DNA of 64,000 bases from Desulfobacterales bacterium (GCA_050122475.1 JASFIV010000002.1:129-64128), one strand, 5' to 3'; shown: positions 49,412 to 59,019, numbered from the stretch's first letter. Made by a program: numbers and translations. The notes: generated by a model from the letters alone, not told the origin.

Positions 49412-51022
49412 GTGACAGCCAGCACTGAAAAATACATTCTCGCTATTGACCTGGGCACCTCCGGGCCAAAATCAGCACTGATTTCCACCCGGGGTGAGGT
49501 TATTGACTATGAATTTGAAAACGTTGACCTGCTGATTCTGCCAGATGGAGGTGCCGAGCAAATACCGGATCAATGGTGGCAGGCCGTCCTTAATACGGCC
49601 AGAAGGGTTTTGGAAAAGGGCTCGGTGGCAGCTGCAGATATTATCTGTGTTAGTTGCACCACCCAATGGTCTGGCACAGTAGCCGTCGATTCAGGCGGTC
49701 AGGCTTTGGCCAATGCCATCATCTGGATGGACACGCGCGGCAGGCGATATGTCGAGGAGGTCACCGCAGGATTGATCAATATTGAAGGTTACAGCCTGCC
49801 GAAGCTCAGTCGCTGGCTACGCTTGACCGGTGGCGCTCCGGGGCATGCCGGCAAAGATCCGATTGCACACATCCTGTTTTTAAAATCAGAATTTCCACAG
49901 GTATACCGCCAAACCTATAAATTCCTGGAGCCAAAAGATTATATTAACCTCCGGTTCACCGGCCGCTTTGCTGCTTCTTACGATTCAATCGCACTTCACT
50001 GGATAACCGACAATCGCGACCTTAGCCGAGTGGTTTATGACGACAGGCTTTTGCGGATATTCGGTATTCCCCGCGAAAAATTTCCCGAACTCCAGCGAGC
50101 GGTTGACATTCTGGGCCCAATTAAAAAAGAAGTTGCACAAGAGCTGGGCCTTAAGCCAGAGACGCCTGTTATAACCGGCACGCCGGATCTGCACAGCGCT
50201 GCTATGGGTTCCGGTGCGGTCAGAGATTTCGAAGGGCACCTTTATGTGGGAACCTCCTCCTGGATCACCTGCCACGTACCGTTTAAAAAAACGGATCTGG
50301 TACATAATATGGCGGCTCTGCCGTCGGCGATACCGAACCGGTATTTTATCGCCAATGAGCAGGAAACCGCCGGCGCCTGCCTAACATTCCTAAAAGACAA
50401 TATGATGCTTTCGCAAGAGCGGCCGTCGGATCCGTATAAACTATTTGACGACATTGCCGGCAATGCGCCTGCCGGCAGCAACAATGTGATTTTCATGCCC
50501 TGGTTGTACGGTGAGCGAACACCTGTCGAAAACGATTCGGTGCGCGCGGGACTGTTTAATGTTTCATTGAATACCACCCGCGCACATGTGGTCAGAGCGA
50601 TTTACGAAGGGGTGGCCTATAATAGTAGGTGGTTACTGGGATATGTTGAAAAATTTATCAAACGGCGCTTAGACCCTATCCATTTTATCGGCGGCGGGGC
50701 CAATTCCAGCGTCTGGTGCCAGATTTTTGCAGATGTTTTTAACCGGACGATCAAACAGGTCAAAGCGCCGATCCAGGCCAATTTGCGGGGCGCTGCGTTC
50801 CTGGCTTCCATTTCTCTGGGGCATCTTGCGGTCGAAGACATCCCCGATCAGGTCAAAATTTCCCGTACCTATCTGCCGGATAAAAATAACCGTAACATCT
50901 ATGATGGCTTATACCGCCAGTTTTTAGAGCTGTACAAACAAAACCGGCGGATCTTCAAGCGCCTGAACCACAGCCAGCCACCGAAAACGTCAATCGACGA
51001 ACCGATGCCCCAACCCAAATGA
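49412..51022 (+). CDS. FGGY-family carbohydrate kinase (xylulokinase-like)
   Basis: 536 aa with a GTG start. The N-terminal YILAIDLGTSGPKSAL and C-terminal FIGGGANSSVWCQIFADV motifs fit the FGGY N and C domains. Confidence 0.88.
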   Translation: MTASTEKYILAIDLGTSGPKSALISTRGEVIDYEFENVDLLILPDGGAEQIPDQWWQAVLNTARRVLEKGSVAAADIICVSCTTQWSGTVAVDSGGQALANAIIWMDTRGRRYVEEVTAGLINIEGYSLPKLSRWLRLTGGAPGHAGKDPIAHILFLKSEFPQVYRQTYKFLEPKDYINLRFTGRFAASYDSIALHWITDNRDLSRVVYDDRLLRIFGIPREKFPELQRAVDILGPIKKEVAQELGLKPETPVITGTPDLHSAAMGSGAVRDFEGHLYVGTSSWITCHVPFKKTDLVHNMAALPSAIPNRYFIANEQETAGACLTFLKDNMMLSQERPSDPYKLFDDIAGNAPAGSNNVIFMPWLYGERTPVENDSVRAGLFNVSLNTTRAHVVRAIYEGVAYNSRWLLGYVEKFIKRRLDPIHFIGGGANSSVWCQIFADVFNRTIKQVKAPIQANLRGAAFLASISLGHLAVEDIPDQVKISRTYLPDKNNRNIYDGLYRQFLELYKQNRRIFKRLNHSQPPKTSIDEPMPQPK

Positions 51023-51055
51023 TAAATGCTGCTGATCAAAGATAGGTGAGGATGA

Positions 51056-52582
51056 ATGGACATTAAAAAACTCAACGAAGGCCTTCTCGGGAGGCTAAAT
51101 CCACGAATTGCGACCTGGCTTTTTAACCGGCTCAAAAATCTGCCGGTGGTCGAGCGAAAGGTAGAGCAAGAATTCGAAGACCTGCTGGACGATCTCGAAG
51201 CGGTCGTTAAGCCCTATCGACGGCAATTTGATACCTATGCCGCTATACCGGACACGGGCCGCGAAGCGTCAGCCATTTTAGAGGAAATGCAGGTCCTGTC
51301 TGATCTGGAGCAGCCCAAATGGAAAGACGGCTATGCCTCCGGGGCCGTCTACCATGGCGATGCAGACCACATTGATTTTTTAAATCAGGTTTATATGTTG
51401 AACTCCCAGAGTAATCCCCTGCACACCGATTTATGGCCCAGCAGCGCCAAATACGAATCAGAGATTGTGTCCATGACCGCCAGGATGCTGGGTGCCGATC
51501 CGCAGGTGGCCGCAGCGGATCCAGATCGGGAAATCTGCGGTGTTGTGACATCCGGCGGCACCGAAAGTATCTTACTGGCGATGAAAACGTATCGGGATTG
51601 GGCCCGCGATCAAAAGAATATCACACGGCCCGAGATCATTATCCCCGTCAGCGCGCATGCAGCCTTTGATAAAGCTGCAGAGTATTTTAAAATCAAAATC
51701 AAACGCATCCCCGTGGACGGCGATTATCGGGCTGATCTGACGGCAGCCCGCAATGCTATCACGCGCCATACCATTGCGCTGATCGGATCGGCGCCTTGCT
51801 TTCCTCACGGCGTGGTGGATCCAATTGCTCAGCTGTCTGAGCTGGCCAGAGAGAAGGGCATCGGGTTTCACACCGATGCTTGCCTAGGGGGCTTTGTTTT
51901 ACCATGGGCCGAACAATTGGGCTATGCGGTTCCATTGTTTGATTTTCGATTACCCGGGGTGACCTCGATCTCGGCTGACACGCATAAATATGGCTATGCG
52001 GCCAAAGGAACCTCCGTCATTTTATATCAGAATCCGACATTGCGCCGCTATCAGTATTTTACAACCAGCGAATGGCCCGGCGGGCTATATTTTTCACCAA
52101 CCTTCGCCGGCAGTCGACCGGGCGCTTTAAGCGCCGCCTGCTGGGCTGCAATGATCAAAATCGGCAAAGACGGTTATTTAGCTGCCACCCAAAAAATATT
52201 GGAAGCCGCTGCCAGAATAAAAAAGGGGATTCAAGATATTCCCGAAGTATACATCCTAGGAGATCCGTTATGGGTCATCGCTTTTGGTTCCAGGACGTTA
52301 GATATTTATCAGGTCATGGATTATCTAACCTCCAGGGGCTGGAGCCTAAACGGCCTCCATCATCCCGCCTGCGTCCACCTGTGCGTAACCTTGCGGCATA
52401 CCCAGCCGGGAGTGACCGAACGATTCATTCATGATTTAAAGGCAGCCGTTGATTATGTGCGTGATAATCCCGATCAATCCGGAACAATGGCGCCCATCTA
52501 CGGCCTATCCGCCAATTTGCCCGTGCGCAGCCTGGTGGGGGATTTGTTGAAGCGGTATATCGACCTGCTCTACAAACTCTAA
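51056..52582 (+). CDS. PLP-dependent group II decarboxylase-fold enzyme, sphingosine-1-phosphate-lyase-like
   Basis: 508 aa. The PLP-lysine region [21 protein letters not shown] matches the S1P-lyase pattern (D-x-HKYG-x-A-x-KG) better than the GAD pattern. It lies 33 nt downstream of the FGGY kinase gene. Confidence 0.8.
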   Translation: MDIKKLNEGLLGRLNPRIATWLFNRLKNLPVVERKVEQEFEDLLDDLEAVVKPYRRQFDTYAAIPDTGREASAILEEMQVLSDLEQPKWKDGYASGAVYHGDADHIDFLNQVYMLNSQSNPLHTDLWPSSAKYESEIVSMTARMLGADPQVAAADPDREICGVVTSGGTESILLAMKTYRDWARDQKNITRPEIIIPVSAHAAFDKAAEYFKIKIKRIPVDGDYRADLTAARNAITRHTIALIGSAPCFPHGVVDPIAQLSELAREKGIGFHTDACLGGFVLPWAEQLGYAVPLFDFRLPGVTSISADTHKYGYAAKGTSVILYQNPTLRRYQYFTTSEWPGGLYFSPTFAGSRPGALSAACWAAMIKIGKDGYLAATQKILEAAARIKKGIQDIPEVYILGDPLWVIAFGSRTLDIYQVMDYLTSRGWSLNGLHHPACVHLCVTLRHTQPGVTERFIHDLKAAVDYVRDNPDQSGTMAPIYGLSANLPVRSLVGDLLKRYIDLLYKL

Positions 52583-52872
52583 AACGGGTCTAAAAAGGAT
52601 CGCCTACTGTCCGAGGGCGGTGTTCTAATCCGGCGCAAAATACTCGCGTACTATCGTGTACGCTCCGTTTTTGCGCCGAATTACGCCTACCTCTCGAACA
52701 GGATTCAACCCTTTTTAGACCCGTTTATATTTTCAATTATGGGTAGTAATTTTACAGACACAAATCAAAAGGGTTTTCGTCTTGCTTTGTTGAACACCGT
52801 AATGTTTTAAAATCAGATGTGAAATCCCGCTTTTAAGCGGGGGGCGTGATCTACTATTTTTGAGATGGGTTT
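52581..52872 (+). repeat. Family-2 structured element, long copy B
   Basis: Left end AAAACGGGTCTAAAAAGG. An internal partner CCCTTTTTAGACCCGTTT closes module 1 (stem AATCCGGCGCAAAA/TTTTTGCGCCGAATT, loop ACTCGCGTACTATCGTGTACGCTCC). Module 2 is TTGTTGAACACCGTAATGTTTTAAAATCAGATGTGAAATCCCGCTTTTAAGCGGGG. The right end is GATCTACTATTTTTGAGATGGGTTT. Confidence 0.8.
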
Positions 52873-52939
52873 ACATTTATTTTACCTAAAAAATTACAAA
52901 AATAATTCAGGACAGAGCCATCATCAAATTCGGAGAAAG

Positions 52940-53118
52940 GCCATGTTTTTTTCTGGTAGGCGATATGCAGAAGGTTTACGCGCAAGCGACCCAGTGACGC
53001 GATATTTGGGATGTTGGGCACCTAAGTCTTAAGGTCGACGACAGATAATGGCCGCGTCCCAAATATCGGGTCACCGGCACCCAAAAAATCATATCGCCGG
53101 TCAGAAATGACATGCCCG
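52940..53118. repeat. Nested-palindrome MITE-like element, family 1, copy 2 (opposite orientation to copy 1)
   Basis: Outer arms are 52942-52977 (CATGTTTTTTTCTGGTAGGCGATATG) and 53090-53114 (CATATCGCCGGTCAGAAATGACATG). Inner arms are GTGACGCGATATTTGGGA and TCCCAAATATCGGGTCAC. It aligns with the reverse complement of 58-238. Confidence 0.75.
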
Positions 53119-53348
53119 TATCCGGTTATGCCTGAAAGTCGCGGCTAATTTTAGCCGGGCTCGCCAAATCAATGACATTACACGAAATTTCATTCAAGTA
53201 TCCCTGCCAAATGGCCGATATATATGCCAGATTTCGGGTTGAAAGCATAGAAGCGTCAAATATAGCTGAGATTCACGGACACCCTTTGCAAAACGCCAAA
53301 GCCATACCAGCGGAACATGAGAGCCATAATTGAGGAATCATTGTTAAG

Positions 53349-55157
53349 ATGAAAGACCCTAAGAGCCAACAATTCGGTAAATACCAGTTGCTGCAAAAAA
53401 TTGCGGTGGGGGGTATGGCCGAACTGTATCGCGCCACGGTCACCCGCGATCACGGCTTTGAGAAACGCGTTGCAATCAAAAAAATACTGCCGCATCTCTC
53501 AGATGAAGGCAATTTGGTCAAGGCGTTCATTGATGAAGCCAAACTTGCCGCCCTGCTTCAGCATGAAAACATCATACAGATTTATGATTTCGGCAGTATT
53601 GACGGCGAATACTTCATCGCCATGGAATATCTTTTCGGCAAAGATTTACGCAAATTGATCCATAAGCTCAGAAAAAGTGGCGACCCGTTGGATCTTGAAA
53701 GCACACTTTACATTATTTCGCGTATTTGTGACGGCCTGGATTACTCTCATAAACTAAGGGATCTGCAAGGCAAACCTCTGAATATCATCCATCGGGATAT
53801 CAATCCCCAAAATATCTTCCTGACTTATGAAGGACAGGTGAAAATCATTGATTTTGGCATCGCCAAAGCTGCCAGTCATAATAGCACCACCCATGAAGGC
53901 CTGATTAAAGGCAAAATTGCCTACATGTCGCCGGAGCAGGCCATGGGCCACATCATCGACCACCGCTCGGACATCTTTTCGACCGGCATTATTTTATACG
54001 AATTGCTGGCCGGCCGCCGGATGTTTGAAGGCGAAACCATGCACATTTACAACCAGGTGCGTGAGGCGTGCTACACACCCTTGAAAAAGCTGCGACCGGA
54101 CCTTCCTGACAAACTATATGCCGTTGTTGACCGGGCGCTTGCAAAAGAATCCGACGATCGCTATCAGACCTGCGGCCAGATGCTGGCCGACTTGGAGGAG
54201 TGCATTTTTGAGCTGTCGGTACGACCCAACAGCCGAAGCTTTGCCAGTTTTATCAAAGATTTTTTTAAAGAAGAATTCGCAATAGAGGAAACGGCTCTGT
54301 GGACCAATCAGCAAGTCGAAAGCGCCCTGCCGCCTCTGGCAAACCACGCCTCTTCGCGCGATAGTGAAAATACCGGGGGTACCGTTTTTCTGCCGGAAAC
54401 CCAACCGGCGCCCGGATTTCAACAAACCATTTGGCGGTTTGCACCGGCTGCGGTGATGGTCACTTTGGGCATTGTCTTCAATCTCAGTCTGGCAGAATTG
54501 CCGTTTACCCCCTCAGACCGGTCGGTTGCGGCATATTCGCTTGCCCTAACGACCCCAAAGCCGAAACCGAACATTAGCGCTGAACAAATTCAAGCCGCCC
54601 GGCAAGCACTTGAGGCCAAGCAATTTGCCTCGGCTGTGGCGATATTCGAATCGTTGCTGGCAGCGGAGCCTGCTGCGCTCAGTGAATTTTCGGCAGATTT
54701 TGTGGCTGCTTTACAGGGCATGGCTAAAGAGTTGCTCGCAACAGATCTACCATCGGCCAAAAGCGCACTGCTCAAAGCGCTGGAAATCGAGCCCACGAGC
54801 GTTCCGGCCTTGTTAGATCTCGGGTACGTTTACGTTTCTGAAAACGATTTTCCACGAGCCATCGCCAGCTACCGCAAGGCTGCTGAACTCGAACCGCTTC
54901 GTCCGGAGTCATTTTTTAATCTCGGATACATCTATGCGACCATTGAAGATTTCCCACAGGCCAAAGAAATGTACGCACGGGTCGTGAAACTGGAACCGGA
55001 TTTCCTTGATGAGGCCTTGTTTAATCTTGCCATGGTGCAGGTACAATTGGGCGAACGCAGTCAGTGTGTCAAAAATCTAAGGCAGGCGATTGATATCAAT
55101 CCGGCAAATACCTCAGCTGCCGCCTTATTAGAGCAAATACAACAGGACAAGGAGTAA
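53349..55157 (+). CDS. Hanks-type Ser/Thr protein kinase with a TM segment and C-terminal TPR repeats
   Basis: Motifs: GGMAELYRA, VAIKKI, HRDINPQNIFL, DFGIAKA and MSPEQ. A hydrophobic segment WRFAPAAVMVTLGIVF precedes TPR-like repeats near the C-terminus. Confidence 0.92.
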   Translation: MKDPKSQQFGKYQLLQKIAVGGMAELYRATVTRDHGFEKRVAIKKILPHLSDEGNLVKAFIDEAKLAALLQHENIIQIYDFGSIDGEYFIAMEYLFGKDLRKLIHKLRKSGDPLDLESTLYIISRICDGLDYSHKLRDLQGKPLNIIHRDINPQNIFLTYEGQVKIIDFGIAKAASHNSTTHEGLIKGKIAYMSPEQAMGHIIDHRSDIFSTGIILYELLAGRRMFEGETMHIYNQVREACYTPLKKLRPDLPDKLYAVVDRALAKESDDRYQTCGQMLADLEECIFELSVRPNSRSFASFIKDFFKEEFAIEETALWTNQQVESALPPLANHASSRDSENTGGTVFLPETQPAPGFQQTIWRFAPAAVMVTLGIVFNLSLAELPFTPSDRSVAAYSLALTTPKPKPNISAEQIQAARQALEAKQFASAVAIFESLLAAEPAALSEFSADFVAALQGMAKELLATDLPSAKSALLKALEIEPTSVPALLDLGYVYVSENDFPRAIASYRKAAELEPLRPESFFNLGYIYATIEDFPQAKEMYARVVKLEPDFLDEALFNLAMVQVQLGERSQCVKNLRQAIDINPANTSAAALLEQIQQDKE

Positions 55158-55162
55158 CTTTC

Positions 55163-56122
55163 ATGGCCGCACTAATTAAACATATCGTCACCAAATGCAT
55201 GATCGGCGCAATGATTGGGCTGTTGCTGGTTGGCTGCGCCACGGTCGAAGAAATGAAGATCAGTGAAAAATACGAAAATTCAAAAAGCTGGTTTAAAGAA
55301 AAGTGGCACACAATGGAGACCAAATTTTCATCGGATGATGATGAAGCATCTGCGCTTCAACCGTATTCCAAGAATTCAAAATATGTGGTTTACCGAACTC
55401 AATGGTCGTATGAGACGCTATCGGGTATAGCCGAATGGTTCACGGGTGATTCTGAAAATTGGAAGCAACTAGCGCAGGCAAATCCCAAGCTTAATCCAAA
55501 ACGCATCCCTGCGAATGCGCCAATTTTAATTCCGATTAAACTGGTCAAAAAGAAAACACCGCCCCCTAAAGCTTTTGCCGCCAAGCACCGCGTGCATTAT
55601 TTTGTTCACCAGGTAAGATGGCGCGGTGAAACCTTAAGTTTGATTGCCAAATGGTACACGGGGCATTTTGGCAACTGGAAAGCACTGGCGCAGGCAAATC
55701 CAGGTCTAAACCCCGATCGTATTGTACTTGGCAATCGGATTCATATTCCTCCTGAAATGCTGATAACCCAAAAAACATTACCTCGCAAGGTCGTCGCTCG
55801 AACGTTGCCCGGGTATTTTGCCCATACGGTCAGCAAAACGGACGAAAATTTATCGGACATTGCCAAATGGTACACCGGCAGTGCGAGCAACAAAAAAGCG
55901 ATTGGCGCCGCCAATCCTGATATTGATCCCGACTTTCTGCTGGTTGGAAACGAAATTTATATTCCATCCAATTTGTTAATTACCGATAAACCGCTGAATC
56001 AGCAATCCGTTCCGAAGACCGCCAAAGTGACAGATAAAGGCAATCAGCCAGAAACCGCCCCTTCAGCGCCCGAGCCCAAAAAGATCCAGCTTTTTGGGCC
56101 CAAACAATTTCAGGCCAATTAG
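55163..56122 (+). CDS. Lipoprotein with three LysM-like repeats
   Basis: Lipobox LLLVGC. Three repeats follow the form Y/H-x-V-x-x-G/D-E-T/N-L-S-x-IA-x-WYTG...ANP.L.P..I..G..I.IP. The gene starts 5 nt after the kinase stop. Confidence 0.8.
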   Translation: MAALIKHIVTKCMIGAMIGLLLVGCATVEEMKISEKYENSKSWFKEKWHTMETKFSSDDDEASALQPYSKNSKYVVYRTQWSYETLSGIAEWFTGDSENWKQLAQANPKLNPKRIPANAPILIPIKLVKKKTPPPKAFAAKHRVHYFVHQVRWRGETLSLIAKWYTGHFGNWKALAQANPGLNPDRIVLGNRIHIPPEMLITQKTLPRKVVARTLPGYFAHTVSKTDENLSDIAKWYTGSASNKKAIGAANPDIDPDFLLVGNEIYIPSNLLITDKPLNQQSVPKTAKVTDKGNQPETAPSAPEPKKIQLFGPKQFQAN

Positions 56123-56183
56123 CGCATGCAAATATGAGCGTCCGCAGATCATTCAGCGCTTGTCATTAAAATTTGGTAAGCGA

Positions 56184-56247
56184 ATGGCGGCATAAGTGTT
56201 GTAGCAAAAAAAACGCCCCGCAATCGGAACGTTTTTTTGACAACCAC
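56184..56247 (+). repeat. Family-4 A/T-stem hairpin repeat, copy 1 (terminator-like, downstream of the LysM gene)
   Basis: ATGGCGGCATAAGTGTTGTAGCAAAAAAAACGCCCCGCAATCGGAACGTTTTTTTGACAACCAC. It is near-identical to 61156-61217 except in the loop. A second hairpin (AAATCTCCGG...CGGAGATTTT) follows. Confidence 0.7.
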
Positions 56248-56484
56248 AATGAAATCTCCGGTCCCGTTTGTCAGGATCGGAGATTTTCGTTTTGGATTCT
56301 TGGCTTGCGACCGTTCCATGTCAGCGCTGAAGCCATCGGGATGAATGGCTATTCATTTGGTTGCCCAGCCGTTGTCGTCGGCGTTGAAAAGAACCAATTT
56401 TCGATTTGCTAATCTTATATTAACAATATATATATATACTTATATAAAAATTGGGTATTGGATGCCAAGAGATTAAGGTTTTTG

Positions 56485-56514
56485 TTGACAGGCGTCTCTG
56501 AAGTCTGGTAAATG
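56485..56514 (+). promoter_or_regulatory. Candidate sigma70 promoter (extended -10) for the beta-oxidation operon
   Basis: TTGACA at 56485-56490 and TGGTAAATG (TGn plus TAAATG) at 56506-56514, with an 18-nt spacer. An (AT)n/A+T-rich tract at 56413-56450 lies upstream. Confidence 0.4.
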
Positions 56515-56563
56515 AATGAGCATTCATTCATTTATTTTATTCCAACCCGAGGAGGAGGTCATT

Positions 56564-58969
56564 ATGCCAAGGAAGATCAGATCGGCTGCGGTGATTGGTT
56601 CCGGGATTATGGGGGGCGGTATCGCCGCGCTGCTGGCCGGAAACGGGATAAAAACGCTATTGCTGGATATCGTACCCCCGGATCTAAAAGAGGACGAAAA
56701 AAATGATCCGGTGGCCCGCAATCGAATCGTTAAAGCCGGTCTGGATACGGCTTTGGCGGCTCAGCCTGCCCTGTTTATGTCTCCAAAAGATGCCGCGCGC
56801 ATTTCAATTGGTAACCTGTCAGATGATTTCGATAAAATTGCTGAATGTGATTGGATCGTTGAAGTTGTAGTCGAAAACTTAAAAATTAAACAGGATCTGT
56901 TTAAGCGCATCGAACCGGTGCGAAAAAAAGACAGTGTTGTTTCGTCTAATACATCCGGCATTCCCTTAAAAGCCATGTCCAAGGGTCGCAGCAAGGCCTT
57001 TAAGCAACACTTTTTAGGAACTCATTTTTTTAACCCGGTCCGCTATATGAAGTTGCTGGAAATCATACCGGGCGAAGAAACCCTGCCAGAGATCCTTGAG
57101 TTTATGGCCGATTTTGGAGAGCGGATTTTGGGCAAGGGCATTGTCTGGGCCAAGGACACGCCTAATTTTGTCGGCAACCGCATCGGCGTGCAGGGCATGG
57201 TTAAAGTGATGCAACTGATGCTCGAAGAACGGGTCTCCATTCCAGAGGTGGATGCCCTCTTTGGACCGGTCATGGGCCGACCGCGAACCGGGATGTTTAA
57301 AACAGCTGATATCGTTGGTCTGGATACCCTGGCGCATGTGGCCCAAAATACCTACGAGCTGATTGCCCATGATGAGGATCGGGAGAGCTTTGTCCTGCCG
57401 GAATTTGTCAATACCATGATCGAAAAAAACCTGCTGGGCAAAAAAAGTCAGAGCGGCTTCTATAAAACCGAACTGACGCCGGACTGGCAGAAAATCCGCA
57501 AAGTCTTGAATCCGGCAACTTTTGAATATGAAGAGGCCCAACCGGTGGAATTGCCCTGTTTGGCGGAAGCCCAAAAAGCCAAAACCCTGCCTGAAAAGAT
57601 GCGCGCTGTGGTCTATGGAAAAGACAAGGGAGCCCAGTTTGCCTGGAAGGCGGTGGCCAACAATCTGATCTATGCGGCCAACCGAATCCCGGAAATTTCG
57701 GACACCATCGTGGACATTGACAATGCCATGCGCTGGGGCTTCAACCTGGAGATGGGGCCATTTGAAACCTGGGATGCCATCGGTCTGAAAAAGTCGGTGG
57801 CACGCATGGAAAAGGAAGGATTTAAGGTGCCGCCCCAAATCCAAAAGATGCTCGAGTCCGGACATACCGCTTTTTACAAAATGGAAAACGGCATCGTATT
57901 TTTCTACGATTTTGAAACCGAAAATTATAAGGAAAAGGTGGTCAGCCCCCATATTATTTCACTGGCATCGGTAAAAGCCCAGGATAAGGTCGTCCAAGCC
58001 TCTGAATCCGCTTCCTTGATCGATCTTGACGATGGGGTATTTTGTCTTGAATTTCACACCAAACTGAATTCCTTGAATCAGCAAATTGTAGAAGCACTTC
58101 ATTCTGCCAGAGAATTTGTCGATCGCCAGGGAATCGGACTTGTGATCGGCAACCAGGCCGGCGGCATGCCGGGGGCCTTTTCAGCCGGCGCCAATCTGGC
58201 CGACATGAGCGCTGCGGCCAAGGCCGAACGCTATGCGGATATCGAACAGCTGATTAAAAATTTGCAATACGGCTTGCAGGATTTGCGGTATGCCCCGTTT
58301 CCGGTTGTGGCGGCCCCGTTTGGCTTGACCCTGGGCGGAGGCTGTGAGGTCTGCCTGGCAGCGGATAAGATTGTCGCACATGCCGAGCTGTATATGGGGC
58401 AGGTGGAAATCGGGGTTGGCCTGATTCCGGCCGGTGGCGGTTGTTTGAACCTAATGAAAAAATACATGAGTGCTTTGCCCGCGGTGGTGACCGATTTTGA
58501 TCTGGCCAAATTTTTCCTGCCGGTGTTTATGGCGATCGCCATGGCAAAAGTGACGACCTCGGCGGCCGATGCCCGGGCCAACGGCTTTTTGGGGCCTTGT
58601 GATCGCATCGTCTTTAATCGCGACTATCTAATCGGAGAGGCTAAAAAAGAGGTCGTCAAGATGGTGGCGGAAGGCTATGCTTCCCCGTTAAAGCGCAAGA
58701 TTAAAGTACTGGGTCAGGCCGCCCAGGGGATGGTCGCTGCGGAAATATCCAATATGCTCAGCGGCAAGTTTATATCAGAGTATGATGCATTCCTGGCCAA
58801 AAAAATTGCCTATGTCATCAGCGGCGGAGACGTGCGCGATAATGCCAAAGTTGATGAAGATGTGATCTTGACCCTGGAACGCGAAGTTTTTATGGAACTT
58901 TTAAAGGAGGAAAAAACCCTGGCGCGCATTGATCATATGCTAACTACAGGAAAGCCATTAAGAAACTAA
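56564..58969 (+). CDS. Bifunctional 3-hydroxyacyl-CoA dehydrogenase / enoyl-CoA hydratase (FadN-type order: dehydrogenase N-terminal, crotonase C-terminal)
   Basis: ORF 56516-58969, with the start set at ATG 56564 because GGAGGAGG is 5 nt upstream. There is a Rossmann motif AVIGSGIMGGGIA, a 3HCDH region, and a C-terminal crotonase-like FSAGANL...GGGCE. Confidence 0.9.
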   Translation: MPRKIRSAAVIGSGIMGGGIAALLAGNGIKTLLLDIVPPDLKEDEKNDPVARNRIVKAGLDTALAAQPALFMSPKDAARISIGNLSDDFDKIAECDWIVEVVVENLKIKQDLFKRIEPVRKKDSVVSSNTSGIPLKAMSKGRSKAFKQHFLGTHFFNPVRYMKLLEIIPGEETLPEILEFMADFGERILGKGIVWAKDTPNFVGNRIGVQGMVKVMQLMLEERVSIPEVDALFGPVMGRPRTGMFKTADIVGLDTLAHVAQNTYELIAHDEDRESFVLPEFVNTMIEKNLLGKKSQSGFYKTELTPDWQKIRKVLNPATFEYEEAQPVELPCLAEAQKAKTLPEKMRAVVYGKDKGAQFAWKAVANNLIYAANRIPEISDTIVDIDNAMRWGFNLEMGPFETWDAIGLKKSVARMEKEGFKVPPQIQKMLESGHTAFYKMENGIVFFYDFETENYKEKVVSPHIISLASVKAQDKVVQASESASLIDLDDGVFCLEFHTKLNSLNQQIVEALHSAREFVDRQGIGLVIGNQAGGMPGAFSAGANLADMSAAAKAERYADIEQLIKNLQYGLQDLRYAPFPVVAAPFGLTLGGGCEVCLAADKIVAHAELYMGQVEIGVGLIPAGGGCLNLMKKYMSALPAVVTDFDLAKFFLPVFMAIAMAKVTTSAADARANGFLGPCDRIVFNRDYLIGEAKKEVVKMVAEGYASPLKRKIKVLGQAAQGMVAAEISNMLSGKFISEYDAFLAKKIAYVISGGDVRDNAKVDEDVILTLEREVFMELLKEEKTLARIDHMLTTGKPLRN

Positions 58970-59019
58970 TTATGGGTAAATAGATATTTGCTAATTGTTA
59001 TTATCTCAATTACGCCTAA

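Noticed and set aside
57014-57952. 312-aa antisense ORF inside the hydroxyacyl-CoA dehydrogenase/hydratase gene. Similar long antisense or off-frame ORFs occur at 12192-12725, 14033-14665, 43015-43557, 35808-36248, 36878-37330 and 61749-62204.
   Set aside because: Each lies entirely within a strongly supported gene on the other strand or frame. Their composition is low-complexity or odd (Arg/Gly/His-rich or Ser-rich) with no recognisable motifs. They are typical shadow ORFs.
56564-58969. 'Inverted' domain order (dehydrogenase first, hydratase last) compared with E. coli FadB, considered as a possible novelty.
   Set aside because: This order is known, for example in Bacillus FadN-type ~790-aa enzymes, so it is not novel.
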